Below are positions 53,843 to 61,963 of a stretch of DNA of 61,963 nt, piece by piece. Below the pieces are notes generated by a model. That model had not been told where the DNA came from, searched no databases, and saw only the letters and a list, made by a program, of their open reading frames with translations. The stretch's first letter is position 1. Each line of letters starts with the position of its first letter. Location: the NCBI GenBank assembly GCA_016929115.1, contig JAFGJL010000077.1:1-61963 (forward strand). Reading direction: 5' to 3'. Origin of the DNA: Candidatus Omnitrophota bacterium. Lineage in GTDB: Bacteria > Omnitrophota > Gorgyraeia > 2-01-FULL-45-10. The position numbers and the translations under genes are program-made.

Positions 53843-55844
53843 TTTCTTGCCCCTTGCCCCCGGCCCCTTGCTCCAAACTATATTTTTCCTTGAGCCCCTT
53901 TATCTGGTCCCGCAATATGGCGGCACGCTCGAACTGGAGGTTCCGGGCAGCCACTTCCATGTCATGCTGCAGCTCGCCTATGAGCGAGGTGACATCGTAC
54001 TGCTCTTCGGTCTCCCCGGCGGCATCGCTTATTATTTCGCGCGCCCTCTTATAAGACTCGATCCCTTCCCTGACCGCCTTCTCTATGGAGCGCGGCGTGA
54101 CATTGTGCGCCTTGTTGAAAGCGAACTGTATCTTGCGCCGCCTGTCCGTCTCGGAGATCGTCTTCTTCATCGATTCGGTCAGCCTGTCCGCGTACATGAG
54201 GACCGCGCCGTTGATGTTACGCGCGGCCCTGCCCGCTACCTGGATAAGGCTTGTCTCGCTCCTCAAGAAACCCTCCTTGTCAGCGTCGAGGATAGCCACG
54301 AGCGAGACCTCGGGAAGGTCGAGCCCTTCCCGCAGGAGGTTTATGCCTATAAGGCAGTCGAACTTATTGAGCCGCAGGTCGCGCAGTATCTCTACGCGCT
54401 CTATCGCGTCGATTTCCGAATGCAGGTATTTGGCGTTGACGCCCATCTCCCGCAGGTACCGCGAGAGGTCCTCCGCAAGCCGCTTGGTAAGCGTCGTCAC
54501 GAGGACCCGCTCCTTGCGCTCGGCGCGCGCCTTCACCTCTTTGATAAGGTCGTCGATCTGCCCGGTTGTCGGACGCACCTCTATCTGCGGGTCGGTAAGG
54601 CCGGTGGGCCTTATGATCTGTTCGACGATGCGGCCCTTCGAAAGCCCCAGCTCGTAATCCGCCGGAGTCGCGGAGACGAAGACGGCCTGTCTTACCATCT
54701 TCTCGAACTCGTCGAACTTGAGAGGCCTGTTATCGAGGGCCGACGGCAGGCGGAAACCGTAATCAACAAGCGTCTGCTTTCTCGCCCTGTCGCCGTTATA
54801 CATGCCGCGCACCTGGGGGACTGTTACATGCGACTCGTCTATGAACATGAGGAAGTCCTTCGGGAAGTAGTCGATGAGGCACCACGGCCGCGAGCCCGGA
54901 GGCCTGCCAGAAATAAGGCGCGAATAGTTCTCGATGCCGTTACAATATCCGATCTCGCGCATCATCTCGATATCGTAGTGCGTCCGGGACTCAAGCCGCT
55001 GGGCCTCGAGGAGCTTGTTGTCACGGCGCAACTCCTCGAGCCGTCCGGCAAGCTCCTCCTCGATGGACCCGATGGCGCGCTCGATCCGGTCGGATGTCGT
55101 CACAAAATGCTTTGCGGGGTAGATACCGACCTTCTTGAGCGGCGTGATGATGTTGCCCGTGAGCGGGTCTATTTCGTATATATGCTCGATCCTGTCGCCG
55201 AACTGCTCGATGCGGTACGCTGTCTTCGTATAGGCCGGATAGACCTCCATTGTATCGCCGCGGACCCTGAAGGTCGAGCGCTTGAAATCATAGTCGTTGC
55301 GCTCATAATGGATGGCCGTGAGCTTCTTCAGGAGCTCGTCGCGGCCTATCTCGTCGCCCACTTTCGCTATGGCGAGCATTTCGCCGTATTCCTCGGGCGA
55401 ACCCAAGCCGTAGATGCAGGAGACGCTCGCCACTATGATGACGTCGTCCCTGGACATGAGCGAGCTTGTCGCCGAAAGCCTGAGCCGGTCGATATCCTCG
55501 TTGATGGACGAATCCTTCTCGATATAGATATCGCGCTCCGGGATGTAGGCTTCGGGCTGGTAATAGTCGTAATAGCTGACGAAATACTCCACGGCGTTCT
55601 CGGGAAAGAACTCCTTGAACTCGCTGTAGAGCTGGGCCGCGAGCGTCTTGTTGTGGGAGATGACCAGGGCGGGCTTTCCGATAGCCGCGATGACGTTCGC
55701 CATGGTGAAGGTCTTGCCGGAACCGGTTACGCCGAGAAGGGTCTGGTACCGCTCGCCTTTAGTGATATATTCGGCCAGATCCTTGATGGCCTGCGGCTGG
55801 TCGCCTTCGGGTTTGAAATCGCTGACAAGCTTGAAACTTGCCAT
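53835..55844 (-). CDS. uvrB: excinuclease ABC subunit B
   Basis: [29 protein letters not shown], and a C-terminal UVR domain. Confidence 0.97.
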   Translation of the reverse strand: MASFKLVSDFKPEGDQPQAIKDLAEYITKGERYQTLLGVTGSGKTFTMANVIAAIGKPALVISHNKTLAAQLYSEFKEFFPENAVEYFVSYYDYYQPEAYIPERDIYIEKDSSINEDIDRLRLSATSSLMSRDDVIIVASVSCIYGLGSPEEYGEMLAIAKVGDEIGRDELLKKLTAIHYERNDYDFKRSTFRVRGDTMEVYPAYTKTAYRIEQFGDRIEHIYEIDPLTGNIITPLKKVGIYPAKHFVTTSDRIERAIGSIEEELAGRLEELRRDNKLLEAQRLESRTHYDIEMMREIGYCNGIENYSRLISGRPPGSRPWCLIDYFPKDFLMFIDESHVTVPQVRGMYNGDRARKQTLVDYGFRLPSALDNRPLKFDEFEKMVRQAVFVSATPADYELGLSKGRIVEQIIRPTGLTDPQIEVRPTTGQIDDLIKEVKARAERKERVLVTTLTKRLAEDLSRYLREMGVNAKYLHSEIDAIERVEILRDLRLNKFDCLIGINLLREGLDLPEVSLVAILDADKEGFLRSETSLIQVAGRAARNINGAVLMYADRLTESMKKTISETDRRRKIQFAFNKAHNVTPRSIEKAVREGIESYKRAREIISDAAGETEEQYDVTSLIGELQHDMEVAARNLQFERAAILRDQIKGLKEKYSLEQGAGGKGQENA

Positions 55845-55845
55845 A

Positions 55846-56721
55846 TCAGGCTGTCTCTAATGAGATGTCTATCGACTTGACAGAGGCAGTGAGGGAACCG
55901 GCGGATATCATTTCGATGCCGGTCTTCGCATAGCTTTCGATGTTGTCGAGGTTTATGCCTCCGGACGCCTCGAGGAGAGGCTTGAATTTCGCCATCTTCC
56001 GGACCTCGACGCACGCCCTTATGTCGGAAGGGCTCATGTTATCGAGCATGATGATATCGGGCTTCGCCGGAAGGACCTCTTCGAACTCGGCTATCGTCCC
56101 GACTTCGATCTCTACGACCGTCCCCTTAAGGCTCTTATTCCGGACGGTCCGCACCATATCCATCAGGCTCATCTTCGCCCCTTGGCCATTGGCCATGGAA
56201 CCCAGGGCCTTAATATGGTTATCCTTTATGAGCGCTTGGTCATAGAGCCCCATGCGGTGGTTCGAGCCGCCGCCGGCCGCGACGGCGTATTTCTCAAGGT
56301 ATCTTAACAGCGGCAGCGTCTTTCGCGTATCCATCACCTTGACACCGTAGGGCTTCGCCTTGTCGACGAACTTTTTCGTCCTCGTCGCGATCGCGCTTAA
56401 AAATGAAAGGAAATTGAGCATCGTCCGCTCCGCCCTCAGGATAGAAGCCACGCGGCCCTCCAGGAAGGCCAGTTCTTTTCGGGCTCCGACGAGAACGCCA
56501 TCGTCGCAATTCGGCTTAAAGCGGACGGAGTAGTCTATCTGCGCCATCGTCCATTCCGCGACCTGGAGGCCGCATACAACGCAGTCCTCTTTCGCGACGA
56601 TGGCGGCGCCGCCGGACTGGAACTTGCCCACCAGCGCCTGCGTCGTGATGTCGCCCTTGCCTATGTCCTCTTTCAGCGCCGCCTTTATTATCGGCAGCAC
56701 CCGTTCCTTATCGAGCTTCAT
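55846..56721 (-). CDS. nadC: nicotinate-nucleotide diphosphorylase (carboxylating)
   Basis: QPRTase family pattern ([16 protein letters not shown]). Confidence 0.9.
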   Translation of the reverse strand: MKLDKERVLPIIKAALKEDIGKGDITTQALVGKFQSGGAAIVAKEDCVVCGLQVAEWTMAQIDYSVRFKPNCDDGVLVGARKELAFLEGRVASILRAERTMLNFLSFLSAIATRTKKFVDKAKPYGVKVMDTRKTLPLLRYLEKYAVAAGGGSNHRMGLYDQALIKDNHIKALGSMANGQGAKMSLMDMVRTVRNKSLKGTVVEIEVGTIAEFEEVLPAKPDIIMLDNMSPSDIRACVEVRKMAKFKPLLEASGGINLDNIESYAKTGIEMISAGSLTASVKSIDISLETA

Positions 56722-56738
56722 GATTCACCTTTTTATAA

Positions 56739-56993
56739 TGATTTTGTTCCTGCGGCTCGGAATTTTTTCGCCGTGCGCTGCGGTTTTCCCGCCTGCACCC
56801 GACTTTAAGCAACTCATGGCGGGATCCCGCCAGGGTCTTACCGAGGGCGGGAACGGCTCGCTCATTTGCAAAAATTCCCAGCCGGTCTGGTAGCTGATGA
56901 GGTCAGTTTTTGCATTCGCTCGCCGTAAATCCTTGCGCACCTCGCCTCCGGTAGCGCTATGCCGAAAAAATTCAACGAGCCTGGGAACAAAAT
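56739..56993 (-). mobile_element. MITE-like element, copy B (inverted relative to copy A)
   Basis: The reverse complement aligns with copy A. I see only two substitutions over the roughly 105 nt from aatgagcgagcc to ggcgaaaaaat. It lacks the 21-nt hairpin insert of copy A. Confidence 0.75.
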
Positions 56994-57010
56994 CCTTCTA
57001 ACCTAGGATA

Positions 57011-57292
57011 CTACCACTCGCTTTCGCCGGGAACCTTGAGCATGCCTGTCTGCGGGTCGTAGGTCTCCCACGTCTCGCACTGGCCGTCGGCCTCAGCGTT
57101 GAAGCCCTTGCGGATAAGCCTGCCGCCCTTGTCAAATTCGTCAACGCCGTCCATCACGCCGTCTAAGTCCCTGTCAACGGCCACAGCCCTTATATCGCCT
57201 TCAGCGGGCTTATCCGCTGCCGGCGGCTCGGCGTGGCAGAGGTTCGTTCCTGCCACACAAAGCAAGGCGAGCATGATAATCATATACCTCAT
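57011..57292 (-). CDS. small secreted hypothetical protein with Asp-rich DxDxDG-like segment
   Basis: Start moved to the ATG preceded by GGGAGG. Signal peptide MRYMIIMLALLCVAGTNLCHA. DRDLDGVMDGVDEFD segment. Confidence 0.55.
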   Translation of the reverse strand: MRYMIIMLALLCVAGTNLCHAEPPAADKPAEGDIRAVAVDRDLDGVMDGVDEFDKGGRLIRKGFNAEADGQCETWETYDPQTGMLKVPGESEW

Positions 57293-57306
57293 ATATCCTC
57301 CCTTTA

Positions 57307-59985
57307 TCACTTCGCTATGTTCTCCAGGTTCTCCCGCAGCTTCTTTATCTGCAGCTCAAGCTCCGACTTACGCTCCCGCTGCTTCCCGACGACGTCTTCG
57401 GGCGCCTTCGAGAGGAAGTTTTCGTCCTGCAGCCTGCCGGAGATGGCATTCATCTCGTTCGTGAGTTTTGCCGCCTCTTTTGCGAGCCTGGCCTTCTCCT
57501 TATCGAAATCGATAAGCCCCTCAAGCGGCACGTAGGCCTCGATGTCCTTTACGACCGCGGCGGCCGAATTCTTCGGCTTGGGGAACTTGCCTATCTTGAG
57601 GTCTGTTATGCGGGCCAGTCGCTTGATGAACTCTATATTCTCGGATATCGCCTTGCTGCCGCCGGCTTCATGCACGTTCAAGACGACATCGATCGCCTTT
57701 TGCGGCTCGATGTTCCAGACCGCGCGCATGTTGCGGATAGCCGTTATGAGCTCTATTAGGCGGCCCATCTTCTCATCGATTTCCTTCGATATCATCTTCT
57801 CCTGGATATGCGGCCAAGGCTGGACCATTATTGAATCGCCCTCATGGTCCTTTTCGCGAGGCAGTTTCTGCCATATCTCTTCCGTGACGAAAGGCATGAA
57901 AGGGTGAAGCATCCTGAGGCTCTTCTCCAGCACCTTGTACAGGATGACCTGGGTCGTCTTCCTGTCGATCGAGAGCTTCACGATCTCTATATACCAGTCG
58001 CAGAACTCGTGCCAGAAGAACTCATATATGGCGTTCGCCGCCTCGTTGAACTTGTATTCATCGAGGCATTTCCCGACAGACCGGAGCGTCGAATAGAACC
58101 TCGAAAGTATCCATCTGTCGGCGAACGAGAGTTCCGCCGTATCGTAAACGACGCAAAGGTCGGCGGCGACCTCACCCGGCTTCAGGTTCATCAGGATGAA
58201 GCGCGAGGCGTTCCAGAGCTTGTTGGCGAAGTTCCGCCCCAGCTCGAACTTGCTCTCCGACAAAAATACATCCTGGCCCTGGGCCGTGATGGAGATGATG
58301 GAAAAACGGAGCGCGTCGGTCCCGTACTTCTTTATCATGTCGAGAGGATCGATGATGTTGCCGAGCGACTTCGACATCTTCGTCCCGGTAGCGTCGCGGA
58401 CAGTGCCGTGTATGTAGACGTGCCGGAACGGTATGCCGCCCATGAATTCCATCCCGGCCATGATCATGCGCGCCACCCAGAAGAATATGATCTCCTGCGC
58501 CGTTACAAGGGCGTTCGTCGGATAAAAGTATTTCAATTCAGGTGTTTCCCTGGGCCAGCCTAACGTCGAGAACGGCCAGAGCCACGACGAGAACCACGTA
58601 TCAAGGACGTCCGGGTCCTGCTCGATCTCTCTTCCGCCGCATTTCGGGCATTTCGCCGGTTTTGTCTTCGAGACGATCACGCCGGCAGCCGGCCCGGCTT
58701 CGTCCTGGCACTGTTCGCAGTAATAGACCGGGATCCTGTGGCCCCACCATATCTGGCGCGAGATGCACCAGTCGCGTATATTGTACATCCAGTCGAGGTA
58801 GACTTTGGTCCACCTCTCGGGGTAAAATTTTATATCGCCCGTCTCAACGGCCTTGATCGCGGGCTCTGCCAGCGGCTTCATCCTGACGAACCACTGCGGT
58901 GATAGCCTCGGCTCGACCATGGTGTGGCAGCGGTAACAGTGGCCGACCGCGTGGCGGTGAGGCTCGGACTTAACGAAGAGCCCGCGCTCTTTAAGGTCCT
59001 CGATGATCGCCTCCCGCGCCTCGAACCTGTCGAGCCCGACGTAGTCTTCGCCGCCGTTCGAGTTTATCGTGCCGTCGTCATTCATGACGTTGACCTGCTC
59101 AAGGTCATGCTTGCGGCCGAGTTCGAAATCGACCGGGTCGTGCGCGGGCGTGACCTTAAGCGCGCCCGTGCCGAACTTCAGGTCGACTACAGGATCGAGG
59201 ACCAGCTTAAGCTCCCTGTTCAAAAGCGGCAGGATGAGAGTCTTACCGTGGATATGACTGTACCTCCCGTCCTCCGGATTGACGGCGACAGCGACATCGC
59301 CGAGCATCGTCTCGGGCCTCGTCGTCGCGACGACCACATGGTCCTCGCCGCCCCTTTCAGGGTCCTTTACAGGATACTTTATGTAATACAGCATACCGTC
59401 GACATCCTTATGCTGCGATTCTTCGTCGGATAGCGCCGTCATGCACCTGGGGCACCAGTTGATGATATAGTTGCCTTTATAGATAAGGCCTTTGCCGTAG
59501 AGGCGTATGAAGACCTCGAGGACAGCGTCCGAAAGGCCTTCGTCCATGGTAAAACGCGTCCTCTCCCAATCACAGGAGCAGCCCAGCTTTTTTAATTGCC
59601 TGATGATCGTGTTGCCGTACTCCTCGCGCCACTTCCATACCTCGGCGACGAACTTTTCCCTGCCAAGGTCGTGGCGCTTCACGCCTTCCCTGTAGAGCTT
59701 CTTTTCGACGACGTTCTGCGTCGCGATGCCGGCATGGTCCGTGCCGGGCATCCACTCGCTCTCGAAGCCCTGCATGCGCTTGAAACGGATAAGGATATCC
59801 TGGATCGTGTTATTGAGGGCGTGGCCCATATGGAGGATGCCGGTGATGTTCGGCGGCGGAATGACGATAGAATACGGCTTTTTTTTGGGATCGGGCTTTG
59901 CGCGGAAATATCCCTTCTCCTCCCATACCTTATAGATACGGTCCTCTACGTCGTGAGGATTATATGCCTTGGGCAGTTCTGTCAT
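57307..59985 (-). CDS. valS: valine--tRNA ligase
   Basis: HMGH and KMSKS motifs and a C-terminal coiled coil. 892 aa. Confidence 0.97.
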   Translation of the reverse strand: MTELPKAYNPHDVEDRIYKVWEEKGYFRAKPDPKKKPYSIVIPPPNITGILHMGHALNNTIQDILIRFKRMQGFESEWMPGTDHAGIATQNVVEKKLYREGVKRHDLGREKFVAEVWKWREEYGNTIIRQLKKLGCSCDWERTRFTMDEGLSDAVLEVFIRLYGKGLIYKGNYIINWCPRCMTALSDEESQHKDVDGMLYYIKYPVKDPERGGEDHVVVATTRPETMLGDVAVAVNPEDGRYSHIHGKTLILPLLNRELKLVLDPVVDLKFGTGALKVTPAHDPVDFELGRKHDLEQVNVMNDDGTINSNGGEDYVGLDRFEAREAIIEDLKERGLFVKSEPHRHAVGHCYRCHTMVEPRLSPQWFVRMKPLAEPAIKAVETGDIKFYPERWTKVYLDWMYNIRDWCISRQIWWGHRIPVYYCEQCQDEAGPAAGVIVSKTKPAKCPKCGGREIEQDPDVLDTWFSSWLWPFSTLGWPRETPELKYFYPTNALVTAQEIIFFWVARMIMAGMEFMGGIPFRHVYIHGTVRDATGTKMSKSLGNIIDPLDMIKKYGTDALRFSIISITAQGQDVFLSESKFELGRNFANKLWNASRFILMNLKPGEVAADLCVVYDTAELSFADRWILSRFYSTLRSVGKCLDEYKFNEAANAIYEFFWHEFCDWYIEIVKLSIDRKTTQVILYKVLEKSLRMLHPFMPFVTEEIWQKLPREKDHEGDSIMVQPWPHIQEKMISKEIDEKMGRLIELITAIRNMRAVWNIEPQKAIDVVLNVHEAGGSKAISENIEFIKRLARITDLKIGKFPKPKNSAAAVVKDIEAYVPLEGLIDFDKEKARLAKEAAKLTNEMNAISGRLQDENFLSKAPEDVVGKQRERKSELELQIKKLRENLENIAK

Positions 59986-59994
59986 CTCTTACCC

Positions 59995-60462
59995 TTATAG
60001 CTCACTTCGCGTCAAGCTACTCGTTCCATTCGGCGACTTTGCCGTCGAGGATGCTGTTTTAAACAGCCTCCGTATCCGAGGCAGAAAAAGAAAGGCCAGA
60101 AGCGCGGCGAAATATGCCATATTGAACCAGCCGAAAAATGGTTCGCCAGGCTCTATATAGCAATAGGCGCCGTTAAAGACCAGATATATGACGGCCAGGA
60201 GCCGCATGAAGCCGATGTGCGCCGCCCGCAACAGGCACCTGCCGGTATAGATAAGCAGCACGCCGAACAGGGCGGGCGAAAAACTCGGCCAGACCCAGTG
60301 TATCTCGTACGGATAGCCCGTCACGAACTGCCTTATGATCTCGACCTGCCAGATAAATCCGACAAAGAGCGCGTCGGTCACATAGATGCCGATATTCACA
60401 AGGCCGCACAGGAACGCCGCCGCGGCGAAGACCACGATACCGACCGGCGCTTCATCGTTCAT
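59995..60462 (-). CDS. hypothetical integral membrane protein
   Basis: Four hydrophobic helices. Overlaps the upstream ORF by 4 nt. Confidence 0.55.
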   Translation of the reverse strand: MNDEAPVGIVVFAAAAFLCGLVNIGIYVTDALFVGFIWQVEIIRQFVTGYPYEIHWVWPSFSPALFGVLLIYTGRCLLRAAHIGFMRLLAVIYLVFNGAYCYIEPGEPFFGWFNMAYFAALLAFLFLPRIRRLFKTASSTAKSPNGTSSLTRSEL

Positions 60463-60989
60463 CTTTTCCCGCTATACCATTTGGTGAACTTCATCGCGGC
60501 AACGAACGTGCAGATCGATATGACCCAGCTCGTCCCGCTCCAGATATGCGGCGCGACAACCCTGATCGCAGAGCCCACGGTGTTGACGGCGAATGCCGCG
60601 AACCATACCCATGTAATGACGAGATTGGCGTGGAAGAATTCAGGTGTGTCCCAATACTCTTTCGGGACGCTTTCGCGCGCGTACTGTATAGTGAACGGCC
60701 TGCGCATTATGATCGAAACAAGTGTAATGGCCGCCAGGGCCGAGCTGGACATGAGCTGCGTCCAACGGCCTAGCCAGGCGCGGTCTGCAAAAAACGCGGC
60801 AAGCGTGAGTGCGCTAAAAAAGACAAGCGTGCCGGCCTGCAGCACCTTTATGCTGCGCTTCTTCCTGATATCGCCTATCATGCTTGCCAAACTGGCTATG
60901 GCAGCTATGGACGCTGCCTCCAGCATCCTTCCATGACCAGCCAGGATGGCGAATATTATCCACGGAGCGAACCCGATAAGTATGGCCAT
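60459..60989 (-). CDS. hypothetical integral membrane protein
   Basis: About 5-6 hydrophobic helices. No family recognised. Confidence 0.55.
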   Translation of the reverse strand: MAILIGFAPWIIFAILAGHGRMLEAASIAAIASLASMIGDIRKKRSIKVLQAGTLVFFSALTLAAFFADRAWLGRWTQLMSSSALAAITLVSIIMRRPFTIQYARESVPKEYWDTPEFFHANLVITWVWFAAFAVNTVGSAIRVVAPHIWSGTSWVISICTFVAAMKFTKWYSGKR

Positions 60990-61010
60990 ATTATCCTTGT
61001 AACCAAAACC

Positions 61011-61963
61011 TTATTTTTTCGAATCCTTCAGGAGTTTGTATTCTATAGAATCGACGAGCGCCTGCCAGGAGGCATCGATGATGTTCTCCGAGACGCCTAT
61101 CGTCCACCATGAATCCGTCTTGTCCTGCGACTGTATAAGGACGCGCACGCGCGCCGCGGTGCCTTCCTTCTCGTCCAGTACCCGGACCTTGTAATCGGTA
61201 AGGCGCATCTGGGCGAGCTGCGGATAGAAGCCCTTAAGCGCCTTCCTAAGGGCGTTGTCGAGCGCGTTCACGGGGCCGTCTCCCAGGGACGCCGTGTGCT
61301 CCAGCTCTCCACCTACCTTCATCTTGATCGTCGCCTCGGTCGTCATCCTCCCGCCTTTTTTCTTCTCGATGATGACGCGGAAGTCCTGGAGCTGGAAGAA
61401 ATCCCTGAACGTCTTCATCATCCGCTTCATGAGAAGCTCAAGGGACGCTTCCGCGGCCTCGAAGTGGTAGCCCTTGTTCTCCAGGGCCTGGAGCGCCTCC
61501 AATATCCTCTTCGTCTTTTCGCCGCCCTTCCCCACATCGAGCTCAAGGTCCGCCGCCTTCTTAGCGATCATCGACTTCCCCGCCAGTTCCGATATGAGGA
61601 GCCTGCGGTGGTTGCCTACTGTCTTGGGGTCGACGTGCTCGTATGTTCTCGGGTTCTTCAGGACGGCGTTCACGTGGACGCCGGCCTTATGGGCGAAGGC
61701 GCTGTTTCCGACGAAGGGCTGGTTGTCCATAGGTTTCATGTTCGATATCTCGGCGATGAAGCGCGAGACCTCCGTCAGGTCCTTCATCTCAAGATCCGAG
61801 ACGCAATCGATGCCGAGTTTCAGCTTGAGGTTCGCGATGATCGAGACGAGGTTGGCGTTGCCACACCGCTCCCCATAGCCGTTCATCGTGCCCTGGACCT
61901 GGCCGCAACCTGCCTGGACCGCCGCGATGGAATTGGCGACCGCCATGTCGCTGTCGTTGTGCG
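61011..61963 (-). CDS. cimA: citramalate synthase / 2-isopropylmalate synthase family protein (5' end beyond window)
   Basis: NGYGERCGNANL, FVGNSAFAHKAGVHV, and a C-terminal LeuA-type regulatory domain. The frame stays open to the window edge. Confidence 0.8.
   Translation of the reverse strand, partial: HNDSDMAVANSIAAVQAGCGQVQGTMNGYGERCGNANLVSIIANLKLKLGIDCVSDLEMKDLTEVSRFIAEISNMKPMDNQPFVGNSAFAHKAGVHVNAVLKNPRTYEHVDPKTVGNHRRLLISELAGKSMIAKKAADLELDVGKGGEKTKRILEALQALENKGYHFEAAEASLELLMKRMMKTFRDFFQLQDFRVIIEKKKGGRMTTEATIKMKVGGELEHTASLGDGPVNALDNALRKALKGFYPQLAQMRLTDYKVRVLDEKEGTAARVRVLIQSQDKTDSWWTIGVSENIIDASWQALVDSIEYKLLKDSKK

Noticed and set aside
53847-55880. A 677-aa ORF on the + strand exactly antisense to uvrB, open across the whole gene.
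   Set aside because: The minus-strand product is an unmistakable UvrB. The antisense translation is L/R/V/D/E/P-rich with no motif, SD or sensible start context. Stop-free antisense frames are a known by-product of codon bias in GC-rich genes.

Overview
The window is a 62-kb chromosomal segment from a Gram-negative-type bacterium, judged by lpxA and an outer-membrane beta-barrel gene. G+C is about 55-65% in lines I hand-counted. It is probably an uncultivated lineage, but I cannot verify taxonomy. Most of it is ordinary, tightly packed housekeeping DNA. Genes up to about 8.1 kb are on the + strand; almost everything after that is on the - strand.

Recognisable genes are purL/purQ, a LOG-family gene, mnmG, glgC, lpxA, apt, a sigma70-family factor, ppdK, glyQS, recO, dgkA-PAP2, ybeY, phoH, aspS, hisS, an HU gene, dnaE, a guaB3-like gene, groES/groEL with a perfect CIRCE operator, coaX, birA, uvrB, nadC, valS and a cimA-like gene. 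There is one tRNA-Arg(CCU).

Five things stand out:
1. A visibly AT-richer 5.5-kb gene (45889..51426) encodes a 1,845-aa secreted mosaic protein with several repeat arrays. One array is nine tandem 35-aa repeats that I cannot place in a family. The gene has its own promoter and terminator and is bracketed by short inverted repeats.
2. A roughly 255-290-bp MITE-like element occurs twice in inverted orientation around the nadC-uvrB-birA-coaX operon.
3. A REP-like palindromic family built from TAGCGTW heptamers has three copies. One sits in the groES-groEL spacer, and two supply the stop codon of the neighbouring gene.
4. An orphan ParA-type ATPase is fused to a CBM48/AMPK-beta-type glycogen-binding module. 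It is translationally coupled to a membrane protein with a Lys-rich N-terminal tail.
5. A complete mini-gene (promoter, SD, terminator) encodes an 18-aa CxxC/poly-Lys peptide.

Many intergenic regions carry TTGNCA-16/17-TATACT-type promoters.

All family calls come from motif recognition by eye; no database search was run. No CRISPR array, rRNA, transposase or integrase was seen. The many long ORFs antisense to real genes are treated as compositional artefacts.
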